A DNA stretch of 63,774 nucleotides, counting the filler, from Folioceros fuciformis (taxonomy: Eukaryota): assembly GCA_049999805.1 (NCBI GenBank). It is 4 parts of 3 records of this genome, joined end to end, with 100 filler letters (N's around TTAATTAATTAA, not from the genome) between each part and the next. Parts side by side here need not be neighbours in the genome. Positions count along the whole stretch, not along the records: positions 43,746 to 60,299 come from JBNGIO010006283.1; positions 60,400 to 63,774 come from JBNGIO010006312.1; 2 more parts are not named here. One strand, given 5' to 3'. Of this stretch, positions 50,811 through 63,774 are shown in pieces (position 1 is the stretch's first letter; each line of letters starts with the position of its first letter). The notes below the pieces were generated by a model, which searched no databases, was not told where the DNA came from, and saw nothing but the letters and a program-made list of their open reading frames with translations. Both the position numbers and the translations under genes were made by a program.

Positions 50811-53800
50811 TCATGGCTTCATCTTAACTTGAATCTGTTTATGGACACGAACAAGGAACTCCACATATGATATCTCTTGAGATTTATCTTCCACCAGAAG
50901 GGAGAAGAACAACATTTCTGCAAAGAGCGGAACAAGGTTTAGTGGCTTCCCAGTTCTGTGGAAATTCCTTAAAAATAATGCTTAAATGCCTTTGAAATAA
51001 CTCACCTAATGGATCTCCTCGTTTAATCAAGCGCAGCCTGGCACGAATGAGAATCACGTGGTCAAATGCATGGCCAAACACAGATTTATGAAAGAAACGA
51101 AACGACAAAAAGAACAATTACCGCAGGTAGGAACACCGTTGCCGCCGAATCTCATTAACAACCTCGTTCAGCCTTTTCGAGGCTTCATTATCATATTGTT
51201 GCAGCAAAAACTGTGAAGTTGAGGGTAAGACTGATCAGCAGCGCCATAATTTCCAGACAAACACAAGCCACTCAGACAGTTATACTTGATTGTGAAGGAT
51301 AGTTAGTGCTACTTACTTGTCCAGATGTGATCTCATCAACTGATTGGATACCAAAGAGCTGCTGAAGGGTATCCCTTGATGCCGCTTTTGCCACGAGGAT
51401 GAATGCATCTTCTCCATTCTCAAGTAAAAGAATACTATCATGATCCAAATTGTCACTAGACAAGGGCAAAGGAGTGGGCAGCACCTGTCCACCTTCCTCC
51501 TAACAGAACACAATGCACAAAAAAACTCCATTCATGGATCCATCCATAGACTATGTGCAGAAAGGTGTAAGCTTGGAAGACGCCAACATGAGTCTATGCT
51601 AGAAGACCATACCTTCGCTGCAAGGTCGTGAATGGCAAACATGCGCGGGTAGACAAGTGGAACAGCCAAAGATGCTGAAAGTAATGCGACTCGTGAGAGC
51701 CAATACGATCTTTCATCAATGCGAATGTCCGACCGCAGTCCCATACTCTTAGTCAGGGCTGCATGAAGACAGTGCAATATCAGTTTCCTTTCTCCGACTT
51801 TGCAGGATGTCTGCAGAAACGACTTAAGAAACTAGGTCATCCGCAAACACTTACCCAGAGTGTAGAGTGGCAACAGCTTAAGCGCTTCTGGCAGTATCAG
51901 CTGTCCGGACGATGATTGACTAGCACAGTATTTTCGGTACGTGTACAAAATGCTAACACATTCCTCAGCAACTTTGTCCTTCACCTGTAGCAAAGGGATG
52001 CTTGTAACATCGTTCGCCGCTGTATTTGGCACACAGCAACACACACACACACAAATGTTGGCCCTCAGCTACAGAATACTGCAGCATTTTCAAAGATAGA
52101 ATTCACACAAGAGGTGGGACAGCAAAAACGTACCACTCTTCAAGAAATAAGTGAACTGTGCATCTAGATCAGCTCCGCGGAATAGATTCACCAAGACAGC
52201 AGACGCTGGCAAAGAGAGCGTGCTCACCCGGATGCGCCGCTCTCCTGATAAGGTGGTGTAGAGAAGTGCACACTGCAATGAGGTAATCAGCAAGTTATAT
52301 GATACATGCCTAAGGGAACAGATTCTACAATGCTTATTCCAAGCTACGATGTAACAATTGCAGCAATACAGTACAAGGTTGCGAAGCCTTAATAAGACTT
52401 CCAACCAGCCATATGAATAAGATCGACCACAAATATCTTCACCTGAAAACAGCATTCAGAATCCTCTTGTAGCTTCTCATCATGCTTGAAGGTAACCATT
52501 ATTGTCTTGTCGCAGTCAATCTGGCAACGATAATTCAGCTCGGGAACAAGAGGGGAGCCAAAATCAAGAGCTACCCATACTAGCAACAACCAGCCAACAC
52601 TTACAGCTGGGAGATCAACGTCAGTCATGGTGCGCCTACTGAAATTGCCGACGTACTCCTGTACTTGAAGACCCTAAAATGAAAAATGAAACAGAGAAAG
52701 AACACACACGTGTTCAGATCAAAGTGCAAGCCAGTCAACACAGCGGCCACCCATCCCAATAGCTCAGTCATAACAGAATCGCACGAATCCACCTGACTGC
52801 ATCGAACTCTCATGACGGCTTCCAGACCCTGAGGCCTTGTAAGGTTCCAACGAAGATCATTATAGAGCTTTGCAGAGTCTACGTTTGCATTGAACTGATT
52901 ATAATAATAGATCTGCACAAGAAAAAACTCAGTCAGCCCTCACTACAGCTGAGGAGCAAGTCATAAAAGCCCTGGAACCATCAAACTCAATGATTTTTCC
53001 ATTACAAGGGAAACCCACGATGGCCCTAACACGACTATTCTGCCTACCTGCCCTCCAGTTGTCCTAGGGACAACAGCTAGAGATGCGACATCAACATAGC
53101 GCTGTGTAGTCATAAACAGGTCGACACAGACCTGCGTGTTATCACGAGTAAACAGTCAGACCTTTTCATTGCGCAGGAACCCTGCAACACACCCACCTCA
53201 GCCACTTTCCGACACTCACTAGCACCTAAGACTTTTCTGCAAACACGTTGCTAGGAACCACATTGCTTACCTGAAACTCAGCAAACTCAATAGCCATGGT
53301 CTTTAGGACTTTATCAGCTGGCAAGAGGAGCTTGTGCGCCTCCTTGAAACACAAACATTAAAACGTAAGTGACTCACATCACAGATGAGATAACATCGGC
53401 ATAGCAACAGGCGTGTCTAACCTTTTCATTGCCTGTGGAGCCAACCCTTCCTTCAACTTCCCTTGCAGTCAAGGCACCTAACCCAACAGATGGTAATACT
53501 GTGGGAGAACGTAACCACGAGCCTGCTTTGTTACTGACCAAGGCACATGAAAGATCCACACAATGCTTATGAAACCAGAGTAAAGACTCAAACTCCATAC
53601 CTGATTGGAAAACAAGCAACTTGCCTCCAGTTGACTTCAGGGCTAGATAAGCACCCTGCACAAACAAGAGGCCATCAAAACCCACTGAAGTGTACAAATG
53701 AGCACTCACACCAAAGACAAAATTGTGGCAAAAACTGAAACTGTAGGGAGAAACAGCCAGGACAGCGATGTCTGACAGACCTTGATAGCAGCCCCGAACG

Positions 53801-56740
53801 CAGAGTCTGGAATTGGATTGTCTTGAAACATGCTTGGCAAATTTTCCAGCAACTGCTCCAGATGCCCACGACACTGGGAACCAACGGAAGAATCATCGTA
53901 GGATATATGAGACTCATCAATACTGCAAACTCTGTCAGGACAAATATCAAAGAATAAAGAGAAGATGAAGGCAGATTGCAGCTGTGATCCAACATGAGAA
54001 ACTCACGTCAACAACGGGAACAATAAGATCCGTGTGCAGAGGTGTATACACATCTTGTACATCTGGTACCACCAGCATCGCAGGCTGCATCACCACACAT
54101 GCTATCCGCTCTCAGACAAATATCAATGCCCAACCAGGAAGAGCAGAACACATTTCATGAAACTTCAGCATGAAACAAGAGGAACATTCATAATGAGAAA
54201 TAACCTGCTGCAAGAGTTTATTTAGATTGTAAAAGTGTATAGACGTATCAAACGTGGCAACACCAACCCTGGCCCGATCCCCTCCCTGTCAAGAGGGCAG
54301 TCTATCAAGATGGGTGAAAGGAGACAACAAGATGCTCCAACATCAGACATCAAAGAAACAGCCACCCAAGTACCGGGAGGTCCTCCAAAGCTCGATGAAT
54401 CGCACTACAGGCTGCGGCTGTAGCCCCCGTTTGCACAGCAGTCATTGACACGTCTACAAGAAAGAAAAACACAGGAGGCATTGGATCCCGCACCTGCATA
54501 TCAAAGACAAAAATTCAGGCACGAGAAAACTTTGCTCTGATCCACGCTGGTGTAACTAAGTCTAGCATCAAGTTCCACATCTTAGGGGCCTTTGTTCAAA
54601 GGAGCTCTTAAGTAAGGCAGTCAACCATGTACTCCTTTGATGCTACGAACTCCACTGTGCCTTTGCATAGCTCTGGCCTCTCATCAGCATCCCTTCTCCT
54701 GCCATCAGGTCCTAAATTGCAAATGTAATCCCGCGGTGTTTCATTGACAGCTCCTGTGTAATAAGACGAGTTCTCAGTTGATCCAACCAGAAATTAATTG
54801 ACACCAAAATATGAAATGTTCCCCACTTCACTCTCCTTAAAAGCGCCAAATCATCAGCATTACCACCAATGTCAACTATGTGAAACTAGGAAAAACAAAT
54901 GCCTTCGCACCAAACCTTACCACAGAAATTGCAGACAAACTTTCTACCCTGGTCAGTGAACTTGAAAAATGGATTAACATATCCCTTGCACCGTGAACAG
55001 CGTACTGGCCCCACATCGCCAAAGTCAACAACCTACAGCCAAAAGCCCATACCACTCACTCAGGTGATTGTGAACAGAAGAGATTTCCCGAGAGCAATGT
55101 TCGGTCAATTTGCAGTACTCTGTAGCTCTCCAAAGGAGCTGATTCAGAGAACCAAGCATCACTCACCTCCTCTCACAATTATACAGAAAAACAAGAACAA
55201 GACATGCAGTCCCGATAACCTTTACGCGTCAACAACCTGCAGTCCCCTTGAACAGCAAAAAGAACAGCTAACCTGAATAGGATCTTCAGCTGGATGTGGC
55301 AATGCAAGAGGCTGCACCATGAGTGCTAGAGGCATTCCCGAGTTCGCAAGCAAATCAGCAGAGCAAGGAATCTGTACATGAACATAACATACATCTGTTA
55401 CGCATAGACTATATATTACTTCTAAAGCACAAAAAAGGCCCAAACCCCCAATCCAACAAATCAACCACAACCTCACCTGGTTCAAGGTGCACCTCATAAT
55501 GCGTGGACTGCAGTTGCCTGTGTCCCTGACAATGAAGGAGCTCGTTGCAGACTACATATCCAAGAGAAGGAAAAGACATAAGAAGGAAAGGACAGACTGG
55601 AAACAGCAAGCTCAGCTCACTTAGGACATTCTTCAAACCCCAATCCATACGAGACGCACAACCATCACATACCGGGGGGACGTTTGCCTGGCCATTAACA
55701 CGAGTCTCAAAATACTGAGGACCAGGAGCCGGCTGTGGCCGTGGGATCTGATTGGGATCGATCCGTGAATTGGAACCAGGGGGCGCACCAGCTGGTGAGC
55801 CAGGTTGGGACAAGGCAGGGAGGGGAGCACCAGGGTAGTGAGCCATGCCAGGTTGAGGAGGCGGAGGCAAAGTTTGCGTAGGAGGCAGTCCAGCTGGGGG
55901 ATTCTGCAAACCCAGTAACTCGGTCAAGCTTCAGACCAGATCGGAATCCATTGATGACGGCACACTCTGACATAACCTCAATCAAAGAATTCAGCAGGAA
56001 AGGCAGCTCCTGACATCCAGATCGCTTACAGACTGCGGGATCCCATATGGATCCGGATACACTCGAGCCGGTGGTCGAAACTGCCAAGTTGTAGGACCTG
56101 CAGGACGTGCCCCAGGTATAGGAGGAGCGACTGGCCCTCCTGGCGCAATTTGATTTCCTGCTGGGGGCCCGTAGAAGTTCACGGGTCCATTTGGATGCGC
56201 CTGCTGCGGGGGCGGTCCTGCCACGGGAGGTCCCCCTCCAGGCCTAGGTGGTTGCATCTGCGGTCCTGCAACAAGGACTCCCATACTGGGAGTCTGCTGA
56301 GGCGGCCCAGGGAAGGGACCATCCATCGCGCCAGGGGACGGACCAGATCCAGGGAATCTTGGAGGCGGGGGTTGTTGAGAGGGACGCAGCGATGGAGGAG
56401 GAGCACCGGGAGGTGGCACGCCGGGTGGAGGCATGCCAATTGCCGAAGGAGGAGGAGCGGCAGCCTGCACACCGGGAGGAGGTGCTGAAGGAGGAGGTCC
56501 CGGAGGCCAACGAGGCTGCTGCTGTTGATGCTGCTGCTGCATGACACCCGGAGCAACGGACCCTGTGGGCGGAGCTGCTGCCGATGCAGGAGGCCACGGA
56601 GGAGGAGCCGATGCAGGAGCTGCAGGCCAGGATGAGCCCGGCGGGCCAGCTGCGGGAGGAGCCCAGGACGGAGGAGGGCGTCTAGGTGCGCCAAAGCCAG
56701 CGCCTGGCCGTGCAGCAGGACCACCAGCAAAGCCTTCCAT
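50811..56740 (-). CDS. SEC24: COPII cargo adaptor SEC24C/CEF-like, many exons
   Basis: Pro-rich N-terminus; SRIDPNQIPRP; DTGNCSPRIMRCTLNQ; zinc finger RCSRCKGYVNPF..CNFC; GGKLLVFQS; LRWNLTRPQGLEAVMRVRCSQ; GQLILPEALKLLPLYTL; SYVEFLVRVHKQIQ; stop at 50811-50813. Confidence 0.95.
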
Positions 56741-58280
56741 TCTTCTCCCCGATCGACCACTCAGCTCAACAGCCCAAATTTCTGCCTGCTTCTTGCTCTT
56801 GCTCGCTTCAGTCTCAGAGACCTAGAGTCCCTACCAAACTTACTGAGTCTGGACACTCAACATATTCACTGCAAGTAGAAAATTTAGGCCCGCAGTATCG
56901 TAGGATCTGCTCTCTCGGGAGCAGCCCGCATCAGTACCTCGAGGGTCTTGCCCATGCGTTCTATTTGTACCTCATCCCTCAAGAACACAAGCTTAAATCT
57001 TCCGGTAAAAGTTAGGTTGACACCAATACTTTGTATTCGTTTCGTCCGCTAATGCCATTCATTCGGCTGTTTTTTTTTTTTAAACCTTCATCTTTCTTTG
57101 TACAATCTTCATCTTCGGCACCCGTGGTAAGTAAGCCTTATTATAATCTTCTCTTCGGCGCCAGAGGTAAATAGATCTTGTTATTCATTTGGACATTTTG
57201 AGAATAATAAGTAGTTTTTGAGAATGATGTTAGAAGGGAACAGTACCCATTTGGCCTTTGGTTATGTTCAATTGGGTTATTCTTCAAGATATTATTTCGG
57301 TTATTCTTCTAATCTGGGAGTAGATAGACTTTCCATCTCTTTTCAATAATAGAAAATATCTCTCTAGTTATTTCAAAGAATATTCTCATGATACAACTGC
57401 AAACTTGTGTGTTGGAAAATTAAAAATACATTAAAATGGATAATTTATGTGGTGATAAACCACCTTGAACCTTAGACGGATCATATATGGAAAAACTTAC
57501 ATGCCGAGTATGTCAAGGAAGCCACATCTTAGTATTTGCTAATCTTTGATACACTATATTTGCTAGTTTCTTCTTGATACAAAGCATTGAACAACCATTG
57601 TACAAAAAGAAAGCCACATTACAACCTAAAAGGAGACGAATCTCATTCTAGCACAAGTGCTAAACATTAACATAATCCTTAGACAAACATGAAGAAACTT
57701 GCTACACCACAACCACATAAGTATATGATGAGTGAAACTTCCTATTCACTCATGCCAAAAGTTGATTTTGGTTCCAAGTCACACTAAACTTATGCTTATC
57801 ATTTAAAGAAAGTCCTTTCATGGAATGGTAAAACTCAATTGAACTTGACTTCATATCCTTTCCACCAACTCTACGAGAAGCTCACAAAATATTAGGATTT
57901 GTTTGTTTGCACTCTAGAATCTTTGCCTTCAACAATTCCTCTTTGCAATCCAAATATGTATTAGTTGCTTTTCAATTCTTGTAGTTTACCATTGTTGCCT
58001 TGGTGCACCAACTATCTTAAAAAGGCTGGTGTTCTTGCTCATGCGTCATCCTCATATTAATGATTTGTTCATAACTCTCAACTTCTTGCAACATGCTCCA
58101 TTTTGTGCACACAAACCATGCACCTTACTATGTACATTCACATATTTCATTTGTACATTAGATATACAATCGTTTTATGATAGTGATACTCCAACTATAC
58201 CATCACACTTATGTATGCACATTTTATATATGCTCACAAATATTGTATTAAGTAGGACTAGCATCCACAATACTTGCCAG

Positions 58281-58460
58281 AAAAGACCCATGGTTCTACT
58301 TGTCCTCATGCATCATATATATCTCTTAAGCAAAAGAAGGACAACCCATGGTTGTACTTGTCCTCATACATCATATATACCTCTTAGGCAAAAGAGGGAC
58401 AACCCATGGTTCTACTTGTCCTCGTACATCATATGTATCTCTTAGACAAAAGAGGGGCAA
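58281..58460. repeat. About 58-bp degenerate tandem repeat, 3 copies plus a partial copy
   Basis: Core ACCCATGGTTCTACTTGTCCTCATACATCATATAT..CTCTTAG; units start near 58281, 58332, 58390 and 58448. Confidence 0.85.
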
Positions 58461-58829
58461 TCGCTAAAATTCATTGAGGGTTGTGTGCTTGGTTTCCTTC
58501 ATGTGGTGGGGCATACCACCCTTATCTCTCATATTGTGACTTGCAACTGGGAGGACGAGCCAGGTGAGTGCACCATGTGAACACAAAGTAACATATGTGA
58601 CCATTGTGAACACATGAGCACATATATGAGAACGGGATAGCGCTTCGGCACATCATGCACACATATGAGAATGGGGAACCCATCCCATGTGAGTGACAAA
58701 GAACCCTAAGATGTAGAGCACTCGTGAGCGAGACTTGGTATATGATGTGCACCTTGTCGTACATGTCTTGTGCTAGACATAACCAAATTTTGGTACAAGT
58801 TTATCAAATTAAAGCTAGTCTAAAAGGTG

Positions 58830-59025
58830 ATACACTCCTAAGACAATAAAGTGAGCACCTAATCTTTTGATATAAATGTTACTATCAAAGTTCAACTTAG
58901 TAAAACCTCGTTCTTTAAGATTAACATCTAACGTAGTAAAACTTAGTTCCTTAACATCTAACTTAGAGTGCCATTTCATAGCACTTTGCTTAAGTCCATA
59001 TAAGGACTTTAGTAATAGGCAAGCA
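58830..59025 (-). mobile_element. Ty1/copia reverse transcriptase fragment (old relic)
   Basis: CLLLKSLYGLKQSAMKW...GFTKLNFDSNIYIKR..IVLGVY; breaks off where the YVDD motif is expected. Confidence 0.85.
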
Positions 59026-59924
59026 TTGTGTTTTGCCCTATGTGGAGGGGAACTTGCACCCAAGAACCACCAAGGGCCACACTTCCCCCTTATTATCGTC
59101 GTAGTACTAGGATTCGCTCCCAAGGGAGTGAACTAGCGTCAAGGTCTCCTACAATTTCCCCCACTCTGCCCTCATCGGATCCTATATATCAGCCGGCTCC
59201 TAGACCTAGCGACACTACATTAAAAAGATCAGAATTCTGTCTTCAACACCAACTACAACCCCAATTGAATGAGGACTCAGCATCATCTTCAGCTCCCACT
59301 CCTAGCTCCGGGTATTAGCCGCCTCAGCAACTGAGAGGAGGTTCCAGCCCTGGCCTCAACCTCCACTCTCAGCCCTAAATGCCAGCGACCTCAACAGCTG
59401 ATTGAGAACTTCAGCACCTAAGCTCCTCACCTCAGCACAACAACTCTCTACTCCAGCACTTCAAGTTTCTACTCCAGCATTCCAACTCTTCAATCCTTCA
59501 CCGTCACGTCTCACTCCTGGATTTTGAAACACAGCAGCCCCTCACTTGCAGTCCTTGAGGCAGGGATGTGCAGACCTAGGCTGGATGGCCCCCTCGGCTC
59601 ACAGCCCTGCAATCCGTCGCCTTGGAAACCCCTTAGGAACGTCAAGGTACCCCAACCACCCAACCAGCATGCAAGAAAGGTCAGCCACGGATCTGGCCAC
59701 CCAGATCTCGGCGATTTTGGGAGCCGCCACGTTCTCCTAGTGGCATGGGGAATCAAGGCCGAGGCACATCTGCACATTGGGTTAAACCTCTAACCCAGTA
59801 GCCTGCACACAAGGTCAAGGGAGCTCTCACCAAAAAAACCTTCCCCCTCAATGAGTGGCCTGGCCTCTTATATTACCTTCACCCAACCCTCCATCTCTCC
59901 CTACTAGGGTTAACCTCAATCAAC

Positions 59925-60132
59925 CACCTAACAATCTCTCTCTGACCTAAGCCGCACCTAACTCCGACCTACACCCAGTTCTGACCTAAACCTAAACCAA
60001 GTCTGACCTAACCCTAATTAGGTCTAAACCTAGTCCTAAGTCTGACCTAACCTAATCAGACCTAAACATAGTCAGACCTAGTTTTGACCCCAACCTAAAC
60101 CAAGCCTAACTCTAACCTACCCCTGCACCTAA
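59925..60132. repeat. ACCTAA / CTGACCTAA-rich low-complexity repeat region, probably transposon-derived
   Basis: Many ACCTAA-like motifs clustered within about 200 bp. Confidence 0.65.
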
Positions 60133-60399
60133 TTGCCCGTTACCCCCTTGGACACCACTGGTTTCCCCTTATCCAAAATTATCAGCCTCACAACTAGCAA
60201 AAATGAGGAGTGCTTCTCAACACCCTCCCCTCCTCTTTCGGATCAGATCATCCCTTCACCTCAGATCATCCTGCACCCTTCAAAGACCTCCATCTCCAGN
60301 NNNNNNNNNNNNNNNNNNNNNNNNNNNNNNNNNNNNNNNNNNNTTAATTAATTAANNNNNNNNNNNNNNNNNNNNNNNNNNNNNNNNNNNNNNNNNNNN

Positions 60400-62818
60400 A
60401 TGTTGAAATGTGCAGGTATTTGGGGAACAGAGTCGAAATATGGCTTAGCAGGACTTGTGAGCTCTCGAAAGGTAACGCTCCTTGCAAAAACGGCAGACTT
60501 GGTAAGTGGGTCGTAGAGCTTGTACGCTTTTGCTTCCTCGCCATATCCTACAAACAACAGTGGCCTGGCACGAGCTTCTAATTTCTTCCGCTTCTCCTCA
60601 GGTATATATGCATATGCTGGAGAGCCAAAAACTCGAAGGTGGAGGAGGCTAGGCTTCCTACGCCATATGACCTCATAAGGAGTTTTGTCATCCACAGCAC
60701 TGGTAAGAAGGCGATTGAGGATATAGGTTGCAGTTACCACGGCTTCAGCCCAGTACGCTTTGCTTAGGCCTGACCACTCTAACATGCTGCGTGTCATGCC
60801 AAGCAGGGTCTGGTTGCGACGCTCAGCAACCCCATTCTGCTGCTGGGTATATGGAACAATAAGCTGGCGCATGATCCCTTGGTCTAGCAGGAATTGATTG
60901 AAATTGCCATGAGTGAATTCGGTACCATTATCAGTACGCAGGCACTTCAACAGGCAGCCTGTCTGTCTCTGCACAATCTGCAGCCATTCCTGAAAGAGCT
61001 CAAAAGTTTCTGTCTTGAGGCGCATGGGGTAGGTCCATGAATACCTACTAAAATCGTCTGTAAGAGTAAGATAATACAGAGCGCCACCAAGAGAAGGTAT
61101 GTGTATTTTCCAGAAGTGTCAGCATGCACGAGTTCCAGAACCTGTGAAGCTCGATGTGCTGTCAGCTTAGGAAATGGTATCTCCTTTTGTTTTGCTATCA
61201 CACAAGCATCACACAAAGGCAGATCCTTGAAACACTTGGGCAGTGGTTCTCTGTAGCAGGTTAGATTTGACATCTTTATCAGCTTGTCGCGATTAGCGTG
61301 ACCTAATCGTGCATGCCAGAGACTGGCCTGGGCAGCTTGTGACGACTGAGCAACATGGGCTGAGTCTACAGGTATGGCCTTTAAATCAAGCTGGTACAAG
61401 TCATGTACTATGTGTCCTGTAGCAACGACCTGACCTCTCTCCCCTCTCTTCTTAAGTTCACAACGAGAAGAAGTGAAGAGCAGGTCGTACGTGCGTAAAG
61501 ACATAAGCTGGCTAACAGAGAGCAAGTGTTTGGCCATGTGTGGTACATAAAGAACATTATCCAAATGAAGGACTGTGCCATCATGCAAGGGGAAACGACA
61601 AGAGCCAAATCCTTCTATCTGCAGTCCTGTACGAGTAAGCTCATCCCCCAATAGCACTTTGTCAGAAGTTTTGGATGACCGAAAGTGGCTGAGCAGTGAC
61701 TTATCATTGCAGATGTGAGAAGTGGCCCCTGAATCTAGGTACCAACTCTGTGGGGAAGAATTAGTAGAAGATGCCAAGCAAACCGTCATGACGACATGTG
61801 GTTTGGTGGGAGTCGACTGTGATTGTCGATCCTTGGCAGCCACGTGAGCTTCAGCCTGTCTGGTGGGCTTCTCAGCTTTTCGGGGCTCGCCAGCTTTCTT
61901 CTTTCTACACTCCCGCTCCCAGTGGCCCTGTACACCACACCAATTACAGGCGCCAGCTCTTTTCACGGAAGTGGGTTTCGAAGGACCTGCACCGGCTCCA
62001 GAGGTGGGTTTCCTTCGATTATTTCTGCCTTGTGTATAAAGCACTTTGTCTGCCTTTGTGCGTCCAGCATGCGGAGCCGAACTGAACCTGCTTTGTTCTT
62101 CCTGTAGCAAGGCTCCAATAACATCAGCCAAATTGATGTTGGTAGGCTGCCCTGCAGCGCGGGCAGCATCAGCAGCACGGACCGTCACACCATAACTGGA
62201 GACGAAGGTCTGGTAGCTGGGAGGCAGGCTCGTCAATAGTTGGCTGACAGCATCAAGCTCCGGAAATTGTGAACCGAGATTGATGAGTTGGGCGCGCAGT
62301 TGACGGAAGCGAATGACAAAAGGCGAAACCTTGTCACCTTCCTTGAGTCTCAAGGAGAAGAGTTCGCCTCGAACAACACACATGGTAAGGATATTCTTAG
62401 CTTCATATGTCTGTGTAAGGAGGGTCCAGATTTCTTCAGCCTTGGTCAAGAAGGCAACATCGGCAAGAAGAGTCTCGTCCAATCCACTTATCAAGACAGC
62501 ACGAGCGACGTAATTAAGGTTAGCCCACTTATCCTTTTCCTCTTGAGTGGCAGATTGTGCAGGTTCCTTAAGCGTGCCACTAACAACTCCCCAAACGTGC
62601 CTTGCTTGCAGGGCAGCTGTCATGCGCACCTTCCAACCTTCAAATTTCATGCCATTAAAGCGGTCCCGCTCTTTAAATTCAACAGAGTAAGTTGGTTGTG
62701 GAATCACTGGCACAGGCGGGAGTGGGAGGGCAACAACGCCTCCTCCCCCTGCGCCTCCTCCTCCTCCTGCACCTCCTCCTCCTCCCCCTCCACTTCCGCC
62801 TCCTACCCCTGTGGCCAT
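60400..62818 (-). mobile_element. Ty1/copia gag-pol (gag, Zn knuckle, protease, integrase) with one frameshift; truncated by the gap
   Basis: CNWCGVQGHWEREC; WYLDSGATSHIC; LWHARLGH..CDACVIAKQ; frameshift near 61106-61109 after VHADTSGK; LRTDNGTEF; QQNGVAERRN; HLRVFGS. Integrase directly after protease is the copia domain order. Confidence 0.95.
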
Positions 62819-63143
62819 GCTGACCTGCTTTGTGAAGAAAGGCTAATCTGGGTGATCAGGCCGGAACAGGTTCTTCTTCAAAGAGTGGGTCGAGATGGCT
62901 GAAAGGTGGCGCAACAAGCCAGAATTCACAGCAAGGGAAAAGCGAAGTGAAAAGGTAAGGGAAGGGTAGTCAGGTGGCAACCGACATAACTCGCCGCTTC
63001 AGAAAAGGACGCTAAGCAAGGTCCCGACGCTTCGCTGCAGGATGGAAGCGACGCGAGCGACTGGGAAAGGACACATCGGGCGCAGTCATCGACACTTCAA
63101 TGAGAAGAGTCGACGATGCCACGCAAGCTGATGACGCGCCCCC

Positions 63144-63638
63144 TCAACGAGCAGATGGCGACGATTGAAATCTCGATTGCTCGCGCACCGGGGCCAGGGA
63201 ATGAAGCAACTCTGTTGCAGACAAAGATGGGCTGGTGTCGGAGCCAGCTTGCCGCCGCAAATCTGTCACCAAAACCGTAAGTTTTCGAACATCCTCTTCC
63301 AGCGATGTCAGCTTGCGCAGGAAAAGGTCGATTGCTGCCAAGGCTTCCTGGTGTCGGGCGGTGTGAACCTCGCCTTGCCGAGAGAGGACAGTAAGAGGAA
63401 CTGTTTCCGTCGTAGTCAGGCGTTGGTTAAGCGCCCTGTACGCTCCAACGATTTCTGGTAAATCGGGGGCTCGGAGAATGTCCTCCTGCTCCTCTGCCGT
63501 GTGGTGTGCAGGCCCAGCTCTGTAATTTCTGCAAATCACAGGATTGCTGGGAGCTCTATCAGCCTGATCCCACGCTCTATATTGGTGGCAGGTTGGAAAG
63601 GATGAATGCTCGACACGAGATCGTCCCCGTCGAGGCAT
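63144..63638 (-). CDS. Hypothetical 164-aa coiled-coil protein upstream of copia gag
   Basis: ATG at 63638 and TGA at 63144-63146; same strand as gag and 325 bp upstream of it; heptad segment IDLFLRKLTSLEEDVRKLTVLVTDL. Confidence 0.5.
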   Translation of the reverse strand: MPRRGRSRVEHSSFPTCHQYRAWDQADRAPSNPVICRNYRAGPAHHTAEEQEDILRAPDLPEIVGAYRALNQRLTTTETVPLTVLSRQGEVHTARHQEALAAIDLFLRKLTSLEEDVRKLTVLVTDLRRQAGSDTSPSLSATELLHSLAPVREQSRFQSSPSAR

Positions 63639-63774
63639 CTTCAGCCCGCTTTAGAGTAGACAAATCTGCTGCTTCATAGCAGCTAGATCCGCGCAGCGGA
63701 AATCTTGCATTCGCATTTTCTATTTGTAATATCTTGATCAGGAAAACGTCACTGATGCTGTTATGTAGGTAGGG

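Noticed and set aside
61100-61115. Programmed frameshift in copia pol
   Set aside because: It lies inside the integrase core at a short A-run, and adding one base restores the frame; more likely a mutation or sequencing error.

Overview
Gene-dense eukaryotic nuclear DNA from a land plant. The short GT-AG introns (mostly about 80-200 bp) and tight gene packing suggest a compact non-seed-plant genome such as a hornwort; this is inference only. The window holds 15 recognisable host genes: GH17+X8 beta-1,3-glucanase, PsbP-domain protein, glucosylceramide synthase, TSR2, ATAD1/Msp1-type AAA ATPase, RPS19, UPF0235/DUF167 protein, LYK3/EPR3-type LysM receptor kinase, DnaJ-like Zn-finger protein, canonical G-alpha, a FAS1-amidase fusion, DUF579/IRX15-like protein, TTL/allantoin synthase, KAS I and SEC24C-like. 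It also holds one tRNA-Gly(TCC), several transposon relics (deleted pogo-like element, solo LTR, PIF/Harbinger, Ty1/copia) and six assembly gaps. Most notable: (1) a membrane-anchored fasciclin (FAS1) domain fused in frame to an amidase-signature enzyme with intact catalytic motifs; (2) a copia element with an extra coiled-coil ORF upstream of gag; (3) an intronless G-alpha coding sequence among intron-rich neighbours; (4) a solo LTR with non-canonical AG...CT termini and a 4-bp TSD; (5) an EPR3-like receptor ectodomain. Exon boundaries were read by eye, family assignments are from recognised motifs, and no database search was run.
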